Assembly (NCBI GenBank): GCA_035458505.1
Contig: DATHZS010000024.1
Span: 23,296 to 87,295, forward strand
Direction: 5' to 3'
DNA: 64,000 bases
Origin: Anaerolineales bacterium
Lineage (GTDB): Bacteria > Chloroflexota > Anaerolineae > Anaerolineales > UBA11579
Position numbers and translations under genes: made by a program. Of the stretch, positions 34,075 to 43,413 are shown piece by piece; within the stretch, counting starts at the first letter, position 1, and every line of letters begins with the position of its first letter. Below the pieces are notes generated by a model that did not search any database, was not told the origin of the DNA, and saw only the letters and a list, made by a program, of their open reading frames with translations.

Positions 34075-35034
34075 ATGGATATCGTTATCACTGGTTCAGT
34101 AGCATATGATTATTTGATGACCTTCCCAGGAAGGTTTAAAGAACATATCATCCCGGATAAATTAGAGGCGATCAGCCTCTCTTTTTTGGTGGATTCCCTG
34201 GTGCGGCGGCGCGGCGGCATTGCGCCCAATATTGCCTATAACCTGGCTTTGCTCGGGGGAAGGCCAAAAGTGTTTGCCACGGTTGGGACGGACTTTGAAG
34301 AGTACCGGCAGTGGCTTGAGGCCCAAGGCGTGGATACCACATACGCCAGGGTCATCGACGGCGAACTGACCGGATCTTTTTTTGCCACGACTGACCAGGA
34401 AAACGCCCAGATGGCGAGTTTTTATCCGGGTGCGATGGCTCATGCTGCGGAACTTTCTCTCAGCGAACTGGAACAAAGGCCCGACCTGGTCGTGATCTCA
34501 CCCACTGACCCCCTGGCGATGGATAAATATGTTGCCGAATGCAAAGACCTGGGATTGGCGTATCTCTATGATCCCAGCCAGCAGATCGTTCGGGTGGATG
34601 GGGAGACCCTGCGGAATGGGATTGAAGGCGCCCTGGCATTATTCGTTAATGAATATGAGTTTGAACTTGTGCGAAAAATGACCGGCATGAACCAAGAAGA
34701 GATTATGGATCATGTTGAATTCATGGTGGTGACACTGGGTGAGAAAGGTGCGATGGTTAATTTTGGCGACCAAAGCATCGAGGTGGCCCCGGTCAGGCCG
34801 AATCAGATCGTGGATCCGACAGGTGCTGGAGATGCATTCCGCGGCGGTTTCCTGACTGGATACAGCCATGGATGGGACTTTCAGGTATGTGCCCAGATGG
34901 GTGCGCTTTCTGCCACTTATTGCCTTGAAAGTGACGGCCCCCAGGGCCAGGAGTACCTGATTGAAGACTACGTTTCCCGCTACCGTGAGCACTACGCTGA
35001 ACACGGATCAATTGAACAACTGCTTAAGAAATAA
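34075..35034 (+). CDS. PfkB/ribokinase-family carbohydrate or nucleoside kinase (adenosine-kinase-like by context)
   Basis: I preferred the internal ATG at 34075 (MDIVITGSVAYDYLM..). Ribokinase-family motif DPTGAGDAFRGGF. Immediately upstream of ahcY. Confidence 0.85.
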   Translation: MDIVITGSVAYDYLMTFPGRFKEHIIPDKLEAISLSFLVDSLVRRRGGIAPNIAYNLALLGGRPKVFATVGTDFEEYRQWLEAQGVDTTYARVIDGELTGSFFATTDQENAQMASFYPGAMAHAAELSLSELEQRPDLVVISPTDPLAMDKYVAECKDLGLAYLYDPSQQIVRVDGETLRNGIEGALALFVNEYEFELVRKMTGMNQEEIMDHVEFMVVTLGEKGAMVNFGDQSIEVAPVRPNQIVDPTGAGDAFRGGFLTGYSHGWDFQVCAQMGALSATYCLESDGPQGQEYLIEDYVSRYREHYAEHGSIEQLLKK

Positions 35035-35053
35035 GTTTATTTTTAGATGATGA

Positions 35054-36322
<1,269 letters not shown>

Positions 36323-36348
36323 TCCGTTATCAGTTACTGATCGAATTG

Positions 36349-36384
36349 AGAGAGGCGCGTCTTCCCGGATGCGTCTCTTTTTTT
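36349..36384 (+). terminator. Probable intrinsic terminator after ahcY
   Basis: Imperfect GC-rich hairpin gagaggcgcgtc..gatgcgtctc, followed by T7. Confidence 0.5.
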
Positions 36385-36387
36385 GGG

Positions 36388-37005
36388 CTAACGGGATTTG
36401 AGGTACTCTTGCAGCACCTTCATCCATTTGTCCTGTGGCGGAATCAGTTTGGGGAGGGCGTCGAGGGGAGCCCAGAATAGGGTGAAGGTGTGGTAGTCCG
36501 AATTAACTTTCCAGGTGGGAGGAGTGCGGCCGGGGAAGGAAAACAGAAAAAAGTAGCGCCTCTGCTGTTGCGATAGGACCTCTTCGGGCACCCAGCCGGT
36601 AAACTGGTAGGTGTTGTAGGAAGGGTTAGGGAGCTGATCTGGTTCTTTATAAGTGATTTGCGCATAGCCATTTTGTCGGCGGTGGACTTCCAGCCACAAA
36701 CCTGGCGAGACATCAATCCAATCGAAACTGCTGGGGTCGGGCCGGCTGAATACCTTTGTCGGATGGGTCAGTACAGCTTTGTCCGGCGGCAGGATCGTAT
36801 CCCGGTAACCCAGTTCGGCTGTGATTGGGAGGTCTTTCAGCCCGGTTTCTTCTGCCACTTCCCGGACGACGGCGTGCTGTGGAGACTCACCCAGTGTAAC
36901 CGTACCCGCGGGGAGCTGGTTCCCGGCAAAGGGGTGTTTCAGCAGGAGCAGTTCTGGCCCAGTGGGCAGGGTTCGGAGGACAAATGCGGTTACTTTTTCG
37001 AGCAT
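36388..37005 (-). CDS. NUDIX hydrolase
   Basis: 205 aa. Nudix box GTVTLGESPQHAVVREVAEETGL. Confidence 0.85.
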   Translation of the reverse strand: MLEKVTAFVLRTLPTGPELLLLKHPFAGNQLPAGTVTLGESPQHAVVREVAEETGLKDLPITAELGYRDTILPPDKAVLTHPTKVFSRPDPSSFDWIDVSPGLWLEVHRRQNGYAQITYKEPDQLPNPSYNTYQFTGWVPEEVLSQQQRRYFFLFSFPGRTPPTWKVNSDYHTFTLFWAPLDALPKLIPPQDKWMKVLQEYLKSR

Positions 37006-37021
37006 GGGATTGGTCAGCGGG

Positions 37022-37501
37022 TTATTTGATCGGGATGACCCGGCCTGCGGTCATTGTTTTTAGTTCCTGGGGAGTTAATGGGAACACGGCATTCGGCGTT
37101 CCGGCGGCAGACCAGATTTCATCATACTGAAAGAGATCCTCATCGATGAGCGTGGTGACCGGATTTGGATGACCGACAGGCGGAACACCGCCGATGGCGA
37201 ACCCAGTGCTTTCCCTGACGAAATCGGCATCTGCCTTTTTGATCCGCTCACCGAGTTCCCGGGCGATGGTTTTCTCATCCACACGGTTGGACCCGCTGGC
37301 AATGATCAGGACCGGTTTCTGGCTCACGGCAGTTTTAAAGACCAGGGTTTTGGCAATTTGTCCAAGGGTGCATCCAATCGCAGCCGCAGCATCCGCCGAA
37401 GTGCGGGTAGTGTTATCAAACTCGACAATGGTAAAGTCAAACCCCAAAGCAAGCACGGCTTGCTGAACTTTTTCTGCACTGGGTTTGAGGGGTTTGCTCA
37501 T
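37022..37501 (-). CDS. YbaK/EbsC/ProX-type aminoacyl-tRNA editing domain protein (second, divergent family member in the window)
   Basis: I preferred the ATG at 37501 (MSKPLKPSAEKVQQAV..); the track start at 37546 overlaps the upstream gene. KTLVFK, LIIASGSNRVDEKTIA, GGVPPVGH. Confidence 0.82.
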   Translation of the reverse strand: MSKPLKPSAEKVQQAVLALGFDFTIVEFDNTTRTSADAAAAIGCTLGQIAKTLVFKTAVSQKPVLIIASGSNRVDEKTIARELGERIKKADADFVRESTGFAIGGVPPVGHPNPVTTLIDEDLFQYDEIWSAAGTPNAVFPLTPQELKTMTAGRVIPIK

Positions 37502-37517
37502 TAAATCAATTACCCCG

Positions 37518-38114
37518 TTAGTTCTCTGGCTCAAAGTTTGGATCAACGATCACCTGGACAAAGAATTCATTCCCGAAGGGGTTTCCGTCCGGATCATGCG
37601 CCTGCCAGCTGCTGAAGGCCCGTCCGGCATCCGTGGGGGCTGTGAACAAAATCGAAATCTCGATTTGTTTGCCTGATACTGTTGGGCGCAGGGCGAGGAT
37701 GGTTGAGACTCCCATCGGCAGCCCATCTACGAGGCGCAGGGTGTAGTCGATCTCCCAATTGCAGGAGCCGCTGTTTTCCACCAGCCAGACCTTTTCGATC
37801 TCCTGGGCCGGAGCGACCACTGTATCGTCCGGGATGGTGATGTCATCCAGGAATGACAGGTCGTTTTCGCAGGCAGGCTCGTTGGTCGGTTCAGGTGTGA
37901 ATGTGGGCGTCGCGGCGGGGGTTGGCGTGGAGAGCTGTGGGCTCAGGGTTGGCGGAACAAAAAATTCCGGGGTGGAACGCGCATCTTGCTCTCCACAAGC
38001 GGAGAGCAAGATGGTCAGGGTCAATAAAATCAGGGTGGCGAAATGAATATTTGAGGTAGGTTTATTCCTCAAAATCCTCGTCCGTGAACTCCTCATCAAG
38101 TAAATCTTCTTCAT
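37518..38114 (-). CDS. Lipoprotein with a Pro/Thr linker and an NBR1-FW/Ig-like domain
   Basis: The track ORF (to 38342) runs far into recA. The plausible start is the ATG at 38114 (GGAGAA RBS 7 nt upstream), or alternatively 38096. Signal peptide with lipobox LTILLSAC. The domain [45 protein letters not shown] resembles bacterial NBR1-like domains, from memory. Confidence 0.7.
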   Translation of the reverse strand: MKKIYLMRSSRTRILRNKPTSNIHFATLILLTLTILLSACGEQDARSTPEFFVPPTLSPQLSTPTPAATPTFTPEPTNEPACENDLSFLDDITIPDDTVVAPAQEIEKVWLVENSGSCNWEIDYTLRLVDGLPMGVSTILALRPTVSGKQIEISILFTAPTDAGRAFSSWQAHDPDGNPFGNEFFVQVIVDPNFEPEN

Positions 38115-39171
38115 TGATCTTCTCCACCATCGGTGGGGGAGCCTGGCCGTCCAGCAGTTCCTGCCGGATGATGCTCTCGACCTCAAAGGCGAGGTCGGGG
38201 TTGGCACGCAGGTAGTCTTTGGCGTTCTCACGTCCCTGGGCCAGGTTCTCTTCTCCGTAATAGTAGTACGAACCTCGTTTGTTAATGATATCCATCTCGA
38301 CGGCCAGGTCAAGCAAATCCCCGGCTCTTGAGATGCCTTCATTATACATGATGTCGAATTCTACCTGGCGGAATGGCGGTGCGACTTTGTTCTTGACCAC
38401 GCGGGCTTTGGTGCGGTTACCAACAATATCTCCGCCAACCTTGATCGACTGCATCCGGCGGATGTCAATGCGCACCGAGGAATAGAATTTCAGGGCCATG
38501 CCGCCGGTTGTGGTCTCCGGGTTGCCGAACATGATCCCGATCTTCTGGCGCAGCTGGTTGGTAAAGATAACGGCGGTATTGGTTTGCTTGATTGCACCGG
38601 AGAGCTTGCGCAGGGCCTGGGACATCAGGCGGGCCTGGACGCCCATCGTGGCATCACCCATATCGCCTTCAAGCTCGGAGCGGGGGACCAGGGCGGCTAC
38701 CGAGTCGATCACTACAATATCCACTGCACCTGAGCGCACCAGGGTTTCGGTGATCTCAAGTGCCTGTTCGCCCATATCGGGTTGGGAGATGAGCAGGTTG
38801 TCCACATCTACGCCGAGTCGGTTGGCATAGGCCGGGTCAAGCGCGTGTTCCATATCCACAAAAGCGGCTGTTCCGCCCATCTTTTGGGCTTCAGCGATAA
38901 TGTGCAAACATAGGGTGGTCTTTCCGGACGATTCCGGGCCGTAAATTTCGGTGACCCGCCCGCGCGGGATGCCGCCGACCCCTAATGCGATATCGAGGGA
39001 TAAACAACCTGTGGGGATCGCTTCGACCATCAGGCTGTGAGCTTCTCCCAGCTTCATGATGGCACCATCGCCAAACCGTTTGGTAATATCCCCGAGGGCT
39101 TTGTCCAGAGAGGCCTGACGTGCTTTGTCTATACCGTTCTCTGGAGGAGCAGAAGTCTTCTTTCGAGCCAT
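38062..39171 (-). CDS. recA: Recombinase RecA (paralog 2, N-terminal extension and long acidic C-terminal tail)
   Basis: ATG at 39171 with GGAGGT RBS 9 nt upstream. 369 aa. It has the same core motifs as paralog 1 ([42 protein letters not shown]). The tail reads ..[18 protein letters not shown]. Confidence 0.96.
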   Translation of the reverse strand: MARKKTSAPPENGIDKARQASLDKALGDITKRFGDGAIMKLGEAHSLMVEAIPTGCLSLDIALGVGGIPRGRVTEIYGPESSGKTTLCLHIIAEAQKMGGTAAFVDMEHALDPAYANRLGVDVDNLLISQPDMGEQALEITETLVRSGAVDIVVIDSVAALVPRSELEGDMGDATMGVQARLMSQALRKLSGAIKQTNTAVIFTNQLRQKIGIMFGNPETTTGGMALKFYSSVRIDIRRMQSIKVGGDIVGNRTKARVVKNKVAPPFRQVEFDIMYNEGISRAGDLLDLAVEMDIINKRGSYYYYGEENLAQGRENAKDYLRANPDLAFEVESIIRQELLDGQAPPPMVEKINEEDLLDEEFTDEDFEE

Positions 39172-39217
39172 GTGATTAGTACCTCCAAATGTCAAGTTTT
39201 TTAATTTTCTATAGTTT

Positions 39218-39231
39218 AGCACAAGTGTTCT
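39218..39231. promoter_or_regulatory. SOS-box-like element upstream of recA paralog 2
   Basis: The minus strand reads AGAACACTTGTGCT, which is GAAC-N4-GTGC: one mismatch to GAAC-N4-GTTC. It lies 47-60 nt upstream of the ATG at 39171. Confidence 0.3.
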
Positions 39232-39361
39232 GATAGGGCAAGCAATTAATCAGGGAATTGTAAGGGCAATTTCCCTGATCTTTGTGGAAATCCTATCATC
39301 TTTTCATGATTGGTATGAAAGCTCATTTTCCACTTCACCAACCCTGTGAATTTGAACTAAA

Positions 39362-40429
39362 TCAATCGCTGTCCAGAAAGCTTTCAATGCTGGAGGGCGG
39401 CCCGGCGTTAGGTGTGAAATCGCTGAAACCCATCAGGCCGCGATAGCGGAAGTACGAGATCCTACCAGGGTGCACTTCCACGAACTGTTCGTACATATAG
39501 CCAAAATACGGGATCTGGATACGGTAATTTCCGGCTGGCAGGTCGCTGATGGCGAAGTTTTCGTTGTAATGCGGGTCTCCATTCACGGTTAAAATGGAGC
39601 CGTAGGATTTGCCACGCCATTCTTGTCCCGTATCCATGTTTGTGAGGATGACTTCCTGTTTCAGGAGCGGCTCCCCGATACCATCGGTCAGCCGGCCAAC
39701 AATCACGCCCCATCCCTGCGGCGGGGCGAGCCATAACTCCGGATTGAGCGTTTCATAAAAATTATTGGTGCCAACCCTCACCTCAAAATGCAAATGGGGA
39801 GCAGTGACCATCCCGGTACCTCCGGAGAGGGCGATCAGGTCCCCGGTTTCTACAAAGGCGCCTTTATCCACCAGGGTCTCAGAGAGGTGGGCATACAGTG
39901 TGTACAGGGGTTCATTGTTCCAGCCAAAGTCGTGTTCAATGGCGACGGCGAATCCATATGGGTCGTTTTGATTGTTATCTCCAAACAGCAGCCCTTTTCC
40001 AGACCAAATGACCTGGCCTGGTCCGGCAGCATACACCGGAGTGCCTTCACCAACCACGATGTCCACACCGGTATGGGGTGCATCAGGTGCAAAGAAGATC
40101 CCGCCGTAGCGGTAGGAAGATAGAGGCCAATTGACTTCGTCTGCTTTGACCGGTCGGACGAAATAAAAATGGTCATTCTCGCTCAATGCCCATGGTACGG
40201 GGTACAACGGTGGGCGCCAGGCTGATTTAGGATTGTTGGAGGCCTCGGGCAACGGGCTGCTCAATGGGTCGGGGAGCAGGGTGGGGGTTGACTCTGGCTC
40301 CTGGGCAGACCGGATTCCTGCCTGCGCAGGCTGGATGTTGATGCCAATAGCTGCGATGACGAGTGCGGCCACTGCGAAATAGCTCAGAATGAGGAGCAGC
40401 TGGGTACGATTTTTCATTCGAAACCTCAA
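39362..40429 (-). CDS. Membrane-anchored M23 metallopeptidase with a C-terminal carboxypeptidase-regulatory-like beta domain
   Basis: 355 aa. N-terminal anchor, HTGVDI and APHLHFEV M23 motifs, and a C-terminal GVIVGRLTD..GEPL.. beta-sandwich-like segment. The start overlaps the upstream stop (40426-40429). Confidence 0.88.
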   Translation of the reverse strand: MRFRMKNRTQLLLILSYFAVAALVIAAIGINIQPAQAGIRSAQEPESTPTLLPDPLSSPLPEASNNPKSAWRPPLYPVPWALSENDHFYFVRPVKADEVNWPLSSYRYGGIFFAPDAPHTGVDIVVGEGTPVYAAGPGQVIWSGKGLLFGDNNQNDPYGFAVAIEHDFGWNNEPLYTLYAHLSETLVDKGAFVETGDLIALSGGTGMVTAPHLHFEVRVGTNNFYETLNPELWLAPPQGWGVIVGRLTDGIGEPLLKQEVILTNMDTGQEWRGKSYGSILTVNGDPHYNENFAISDLPAGNYRIQIPYFGYMYEQFVEVHPGRISYFRYRGLMGFSDFTPNAGPPSSIESFLDSD

Positions 40430-42270
40430 GGCGTTCCCTGGCTTTGAAAAACTTCCGGCGGCCAGATCTGAAGCATAGCATCTTCCCAGGTGAGGCCAGA
40501 AGTGATCGCGAACACATTAAAACGCGCCGCCTGATAGTAGCTCTGCCAGTTGGACAGCGCAGATTGGCGTTCCCAGCCATATTCCAGCGCCAGGGTGGTG
40601 AAATCTACCCAATAACCGGTTGGAATTTCTGAGAGCTGCTCACCGCCCGACTCGTAGGCAGATGGCGACCCTGAATAACGGGCGTCAAAATCCCACAGGA
40701 ACTGGCTCAGCGGCCTCCCTTGATTTCCCGATTGATCCAGCGGTTTTAGATATACACGCCAATAGATTTCTGAACCATACTCCTCCCGCACAACAGCCAT
40801 GTATTCGTAATCTATCAGCACCGGGTTGAGCGCAAATGCCCGACCGGTGTACAGCCAGTCATTGGACCGGCCGGGGGGCAGAGGTTCGGAGATCGACACG
40901 AACATATTCTCCAGGTCGGATAGAACATCCCAACCCAGCGCGAGGATCAACCGATCTTTTAGCGCAAAGAACGGCTCAATAGCCAGAGCGCTGAGTGCCG
41001 GATGAGGCGCTTTGATGTCCGGAAGGTCGATTATGTTTTGCCTGCCGTACAGTGCACCCGTGCTGGGGACGAGCTGATTTTTCCAGGGGGTCTGGGGCTG
41101 AGCCTGAGCAGCCTGTTTAAGTTCGCCGGGCAGAACACTGGGAAGCAGATTTTGCCCCCAACTGACCTCCTCAATCATCCCCGGGAACAGGGTGGGCAGA
41201 ATGATGTAGTGATAATCCCGGCTGTCCCGGATAGAGAGGTAATATCGGTCAAGCGTATTCTGAACGGATACGATGTAGTTCCCAAAAGGATCGTAGTCAA
41301 ACAGGTTGGCGTTGATCGAAGGTGTGGACAGGGCAGCTTCCTGAGTACTCTCCGAAGAGAATAAAGTCGGGTATCCTGACACCGGTTCAGTCCAGACGAT
41401 CCGGCTGCCGTCAGGTGTCCAGGCAGGGAGGGTTTGGTTGACAGTACGGTTGATGGTGTAATTTTGATCCGATCCGGGTTGGTTGGTATCGAGGAGATAA
41501 ATATCCTGACTGCCGGTTCGGGTAGACGTAAAGGCGATCGTCGTGCTGCCTGGTTGCCAGGCAGGCTGGAAATCCTGTGCAGGATGGGTCGTCATCCGGG
41601 TTTCCGGGATGTCTGCCACCACCGGTTTGATGAAGATATCCAGATTGCTGTCCTGATACTTGTCATATGCCAGCCAGAGACCATCAGAAGACCAGGCTGG
41701 ATGTCCGTTGTAATCCAGATCATCGGTGAATTGAGTGGTTTCTCCGGTGGTTAGATCAAGGAGGTAGAGATCCCAGTGACCAGAACGGTTGGAGGTGAAG
41801 GCGATCTGAGTACCATCGGGGCTGATTGCCGGTTGCAGGTCATCCCACTCACCGTAGGTCAGCCGGGTGATGGGGAGAGTTTCCGGGTGGTAGGCAAACA
41901 GGTGGAAGTATCCGGCTTCGCTCATCGAAAATACGATCAGACCCGGAAGAGTGCCATTGGTAGCAGGTGGGAGGGTCGGGATCTCAGGCTGCGTAACGAC
42001 CATTTGGGTGGGCGTAGGAGTTGAAATGGGCAGGGCGGAAGGTGTGGGTTCTTCGGTAACGGCCTGGGTGCTGACCTGGGTAGGGTTGGCCGCCCCTGGC
42101 AATAGAGCATCCAGGTATCCGGCCTGCCAGCTCAGAAAACCGAAACCAGCCATGATGAAAAGTAAAAATACAGAGAATCCAAGTGGAGAGAATGACACTC
42201 TCCGGCGTTTTTTGTTATTTTTTTCAGATTGTTGTGTCGCAGCCATTGTTTGGATTAAACCATAAAACAT
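40426..42270 (-). CDS. Membrane-anchored TolB-like PD40 beta-propeller protein with an uncharacterised C-terminal domain
   Basis: 614 aa (an alternative start is the ATG at 42246). TM anchor, Pro/Thr linker, PD40 repeats (ISPDGTQIAFTSNRSGHWDLYLLD, PAWSSDGLWLAY, PAWQPGSTTIAFTS, PAWTPDGSRIVW), then ~250 aa of unknown domain. Confidence 0.8.
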   Translation of the reverse strand: MFYGLIQTMAATQQSEKNNKKRRRVSFSPLGFSVFLLFIMAGFGFLSWQAGYLDALLPGAANPTQVSTQAVTEEPTPSALPISTPTPTQMVVTQPEIPTLPPATNGTLPGLIVFSMSEAGYFHLFAYHPETLPITRLTYGEWDDLQPAISPDGTQIAFTSNRSGHWDLYLLDLTTGETTQFTDDLDYNGHPAWSSDGLWLAYDKYQDSNLDIFIKPVVADIPETRMTTHPAQDFQPAWQPGSTTIAFTSTRTGSQDIYLLDTNQPGSDQNYTINRTVNQTLPAWTPDGSRIVWTEPVSGYPTLFSSESTQEAALSTPSINANLFDYDPFGNYIVSVQNTLDRYYLSIRDSRDYHYIILPTLFPGMIEEVSWGQNLLPSVLPGELKQAAQAQPQTPWKNQLVPSTGALYGRQNIIDLPDIKAPHPALSALAIEPFFALKDRLILALGWDVLSDLENMFVSISEPLPPGRSNDWLYTGRAFALNPVLIDYEYMAVVREEYGSEIYWRVYLKPLDQSGNQGRPLSQFLWDFDARYSGSPSAYESGGEQLSEIPTGYWVDFTTLALEYGWERQSALSNWQSYYQAARFNVFAITSGLTWEDAMLQIWPPEVFQSQGTP

Positions 42271-42335
42271 CGAATCAGGCTGGTTTGGGAGCGGGTCAAC
42301 TCTTCGCGCTTGGGAGCGAGGTTTTTTTTCAATGG

Positions 42336-42372
42336 GAAGAAAAAACGGGGTTTACCTTGGTAAACCCCGTTT
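42336..42372 (-). terminator. Intrinsic terminator after the DUF333 lipoprotein gene
   Basis: Perfect 13-bp stem aacggggtttacc / ggtaaaccccgtt (42344-42371). On the minus strand it is followed by a T-run. Confidence 0.7.
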
Positions 42373-42395
42373 GGGCTGTGGGAGGTGGGTGATGC

Positions 42396-43259
42396 TTACC
42401 AGCCGGGTGCAGCAGGGATCTGTGAAGGATCTGCATCGATCGGTTCGACCGAGGTCACGATGATTTGGGCAGCATTCCAATCCAATCGGCCGGCAAAGAT
42501 TTCCCCAAAGATCTTCACAGCTTGCTTTGTATCCCTCAGGCTTTCGATCTGCTGGCGGATCGTTTCATCCGCACCATCAATCCCAAACTGGAAAGGCATC
42601 GGGCCGAGCAGGGCAAAATAGTCATCGCCACCGGAGCGTGGGCCAGGAGGGCCGCTGTAGATCACACCTTCCCAACCATCCACTACATCTGCAGGCGGCA
42701 ATTCGCCCGGTCCGTCCACCCTCATCTTTGAAACTGTCAGCAGGCAGTTGTCCATGCTAGGGCAGTCCAGTTGTCCCCAAAAGTTGGCTTTGTTGGCAGG
42801 CATTGCTTTGTCACGGATTGCGAGGATTTGTTCTTCGAGGTCAGCAGTGTCCCCGGTGATGTATACACTGCCAAAACCCTCTGGGGTCAGGATCAGTTTG
42901 CTTGGCGCTGGCAGGTCTGTGCCTGAGGAAATCACCGAACCATAGATGGCGGTGACTTGCAGCGAGAAGGGTTCAATGCCTTGGCCTTCAGCCTGCTCGG
43001 TTTCGCCTGGCTGGCACTCACCACGGAAATATGCCCATTCCTCGCATTCTGTCCCATCAGGGAATATGCAGAAACCGCTGGTGCCGTTTGGATCTTCCCG
43101 CATTTCAAGGCGGCTGCCCATTTCCTCGCAGTAAACTGAGGCGGGGTTCGCCATATTCAGCGGTTGGTCTTGCCGGTCAGCATTTTGTACTCCACACGCG
43201 GAGAGGACTGTAGCAGATAAAAGGGTTACGATCAGGATTATTCTCAGTTTAGGTTGCAT
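42396..43259 (-). CDS. Lipoprotein with an N-terminal DUF333 (putative hemolysin-like) domain
   Basis: 287 aa. Lipobox LLSATVLSACG. The segment NPASVYCEEMG..GFCIFPDGTECEEWAYFRGEC matches the DUF333 Cys pattern, from memory. Confidence 0.75.
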   Translation of the reverse strand: MQPKLRIILIVTLLSATVLSACGVQNADRQDQPLNMANPASVYCEEMGSRLEMREDPNGTSGFCIFPDGTECEEWAYFRGECQPGETEQAEGQGIEPFSLQVTAIYGSVISSGTDLPAPSKLILTPEGFGSVYITGDTADLEEQILAIRDKAMPANKANFWGQLDCPSMDNCLLTVSKMRVDGPGELPPADVVDGWEGVIYSGPPGPRSGGDDYFALLGPMPFQFGIDGADETIRQQIESLRDTKQAVKIFGEIFAGRLDWNAAQIIVTSVEPIDADPSQIPAAPGW

Positions 43260-43413
43260 TTCATTCTCCTTATCTGGTCGAATAAAGTGTCGGCTTACTC
43301 GTTTCTATTCCAAATCTAAAACGATGAGGGAAATGAAATTGTTCCAAATTTCACATATGGAAAAGTTAACCAAAAATGAGATACAGAGGGGGGATTCTTA
43401 ATCGCCGAAAAAA

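Noticed and set aside
38115-38342. Upstream extension of the lipoprotein ORF (track start 38342), reaching 280 nt into recA-2
   Set aside because: The extension encodes an Arg/Trp/Pro-rich sequence with no signal-peptide character. A proper RBS and ATG at 38114 give a canonical lipoprotein signal peptide.
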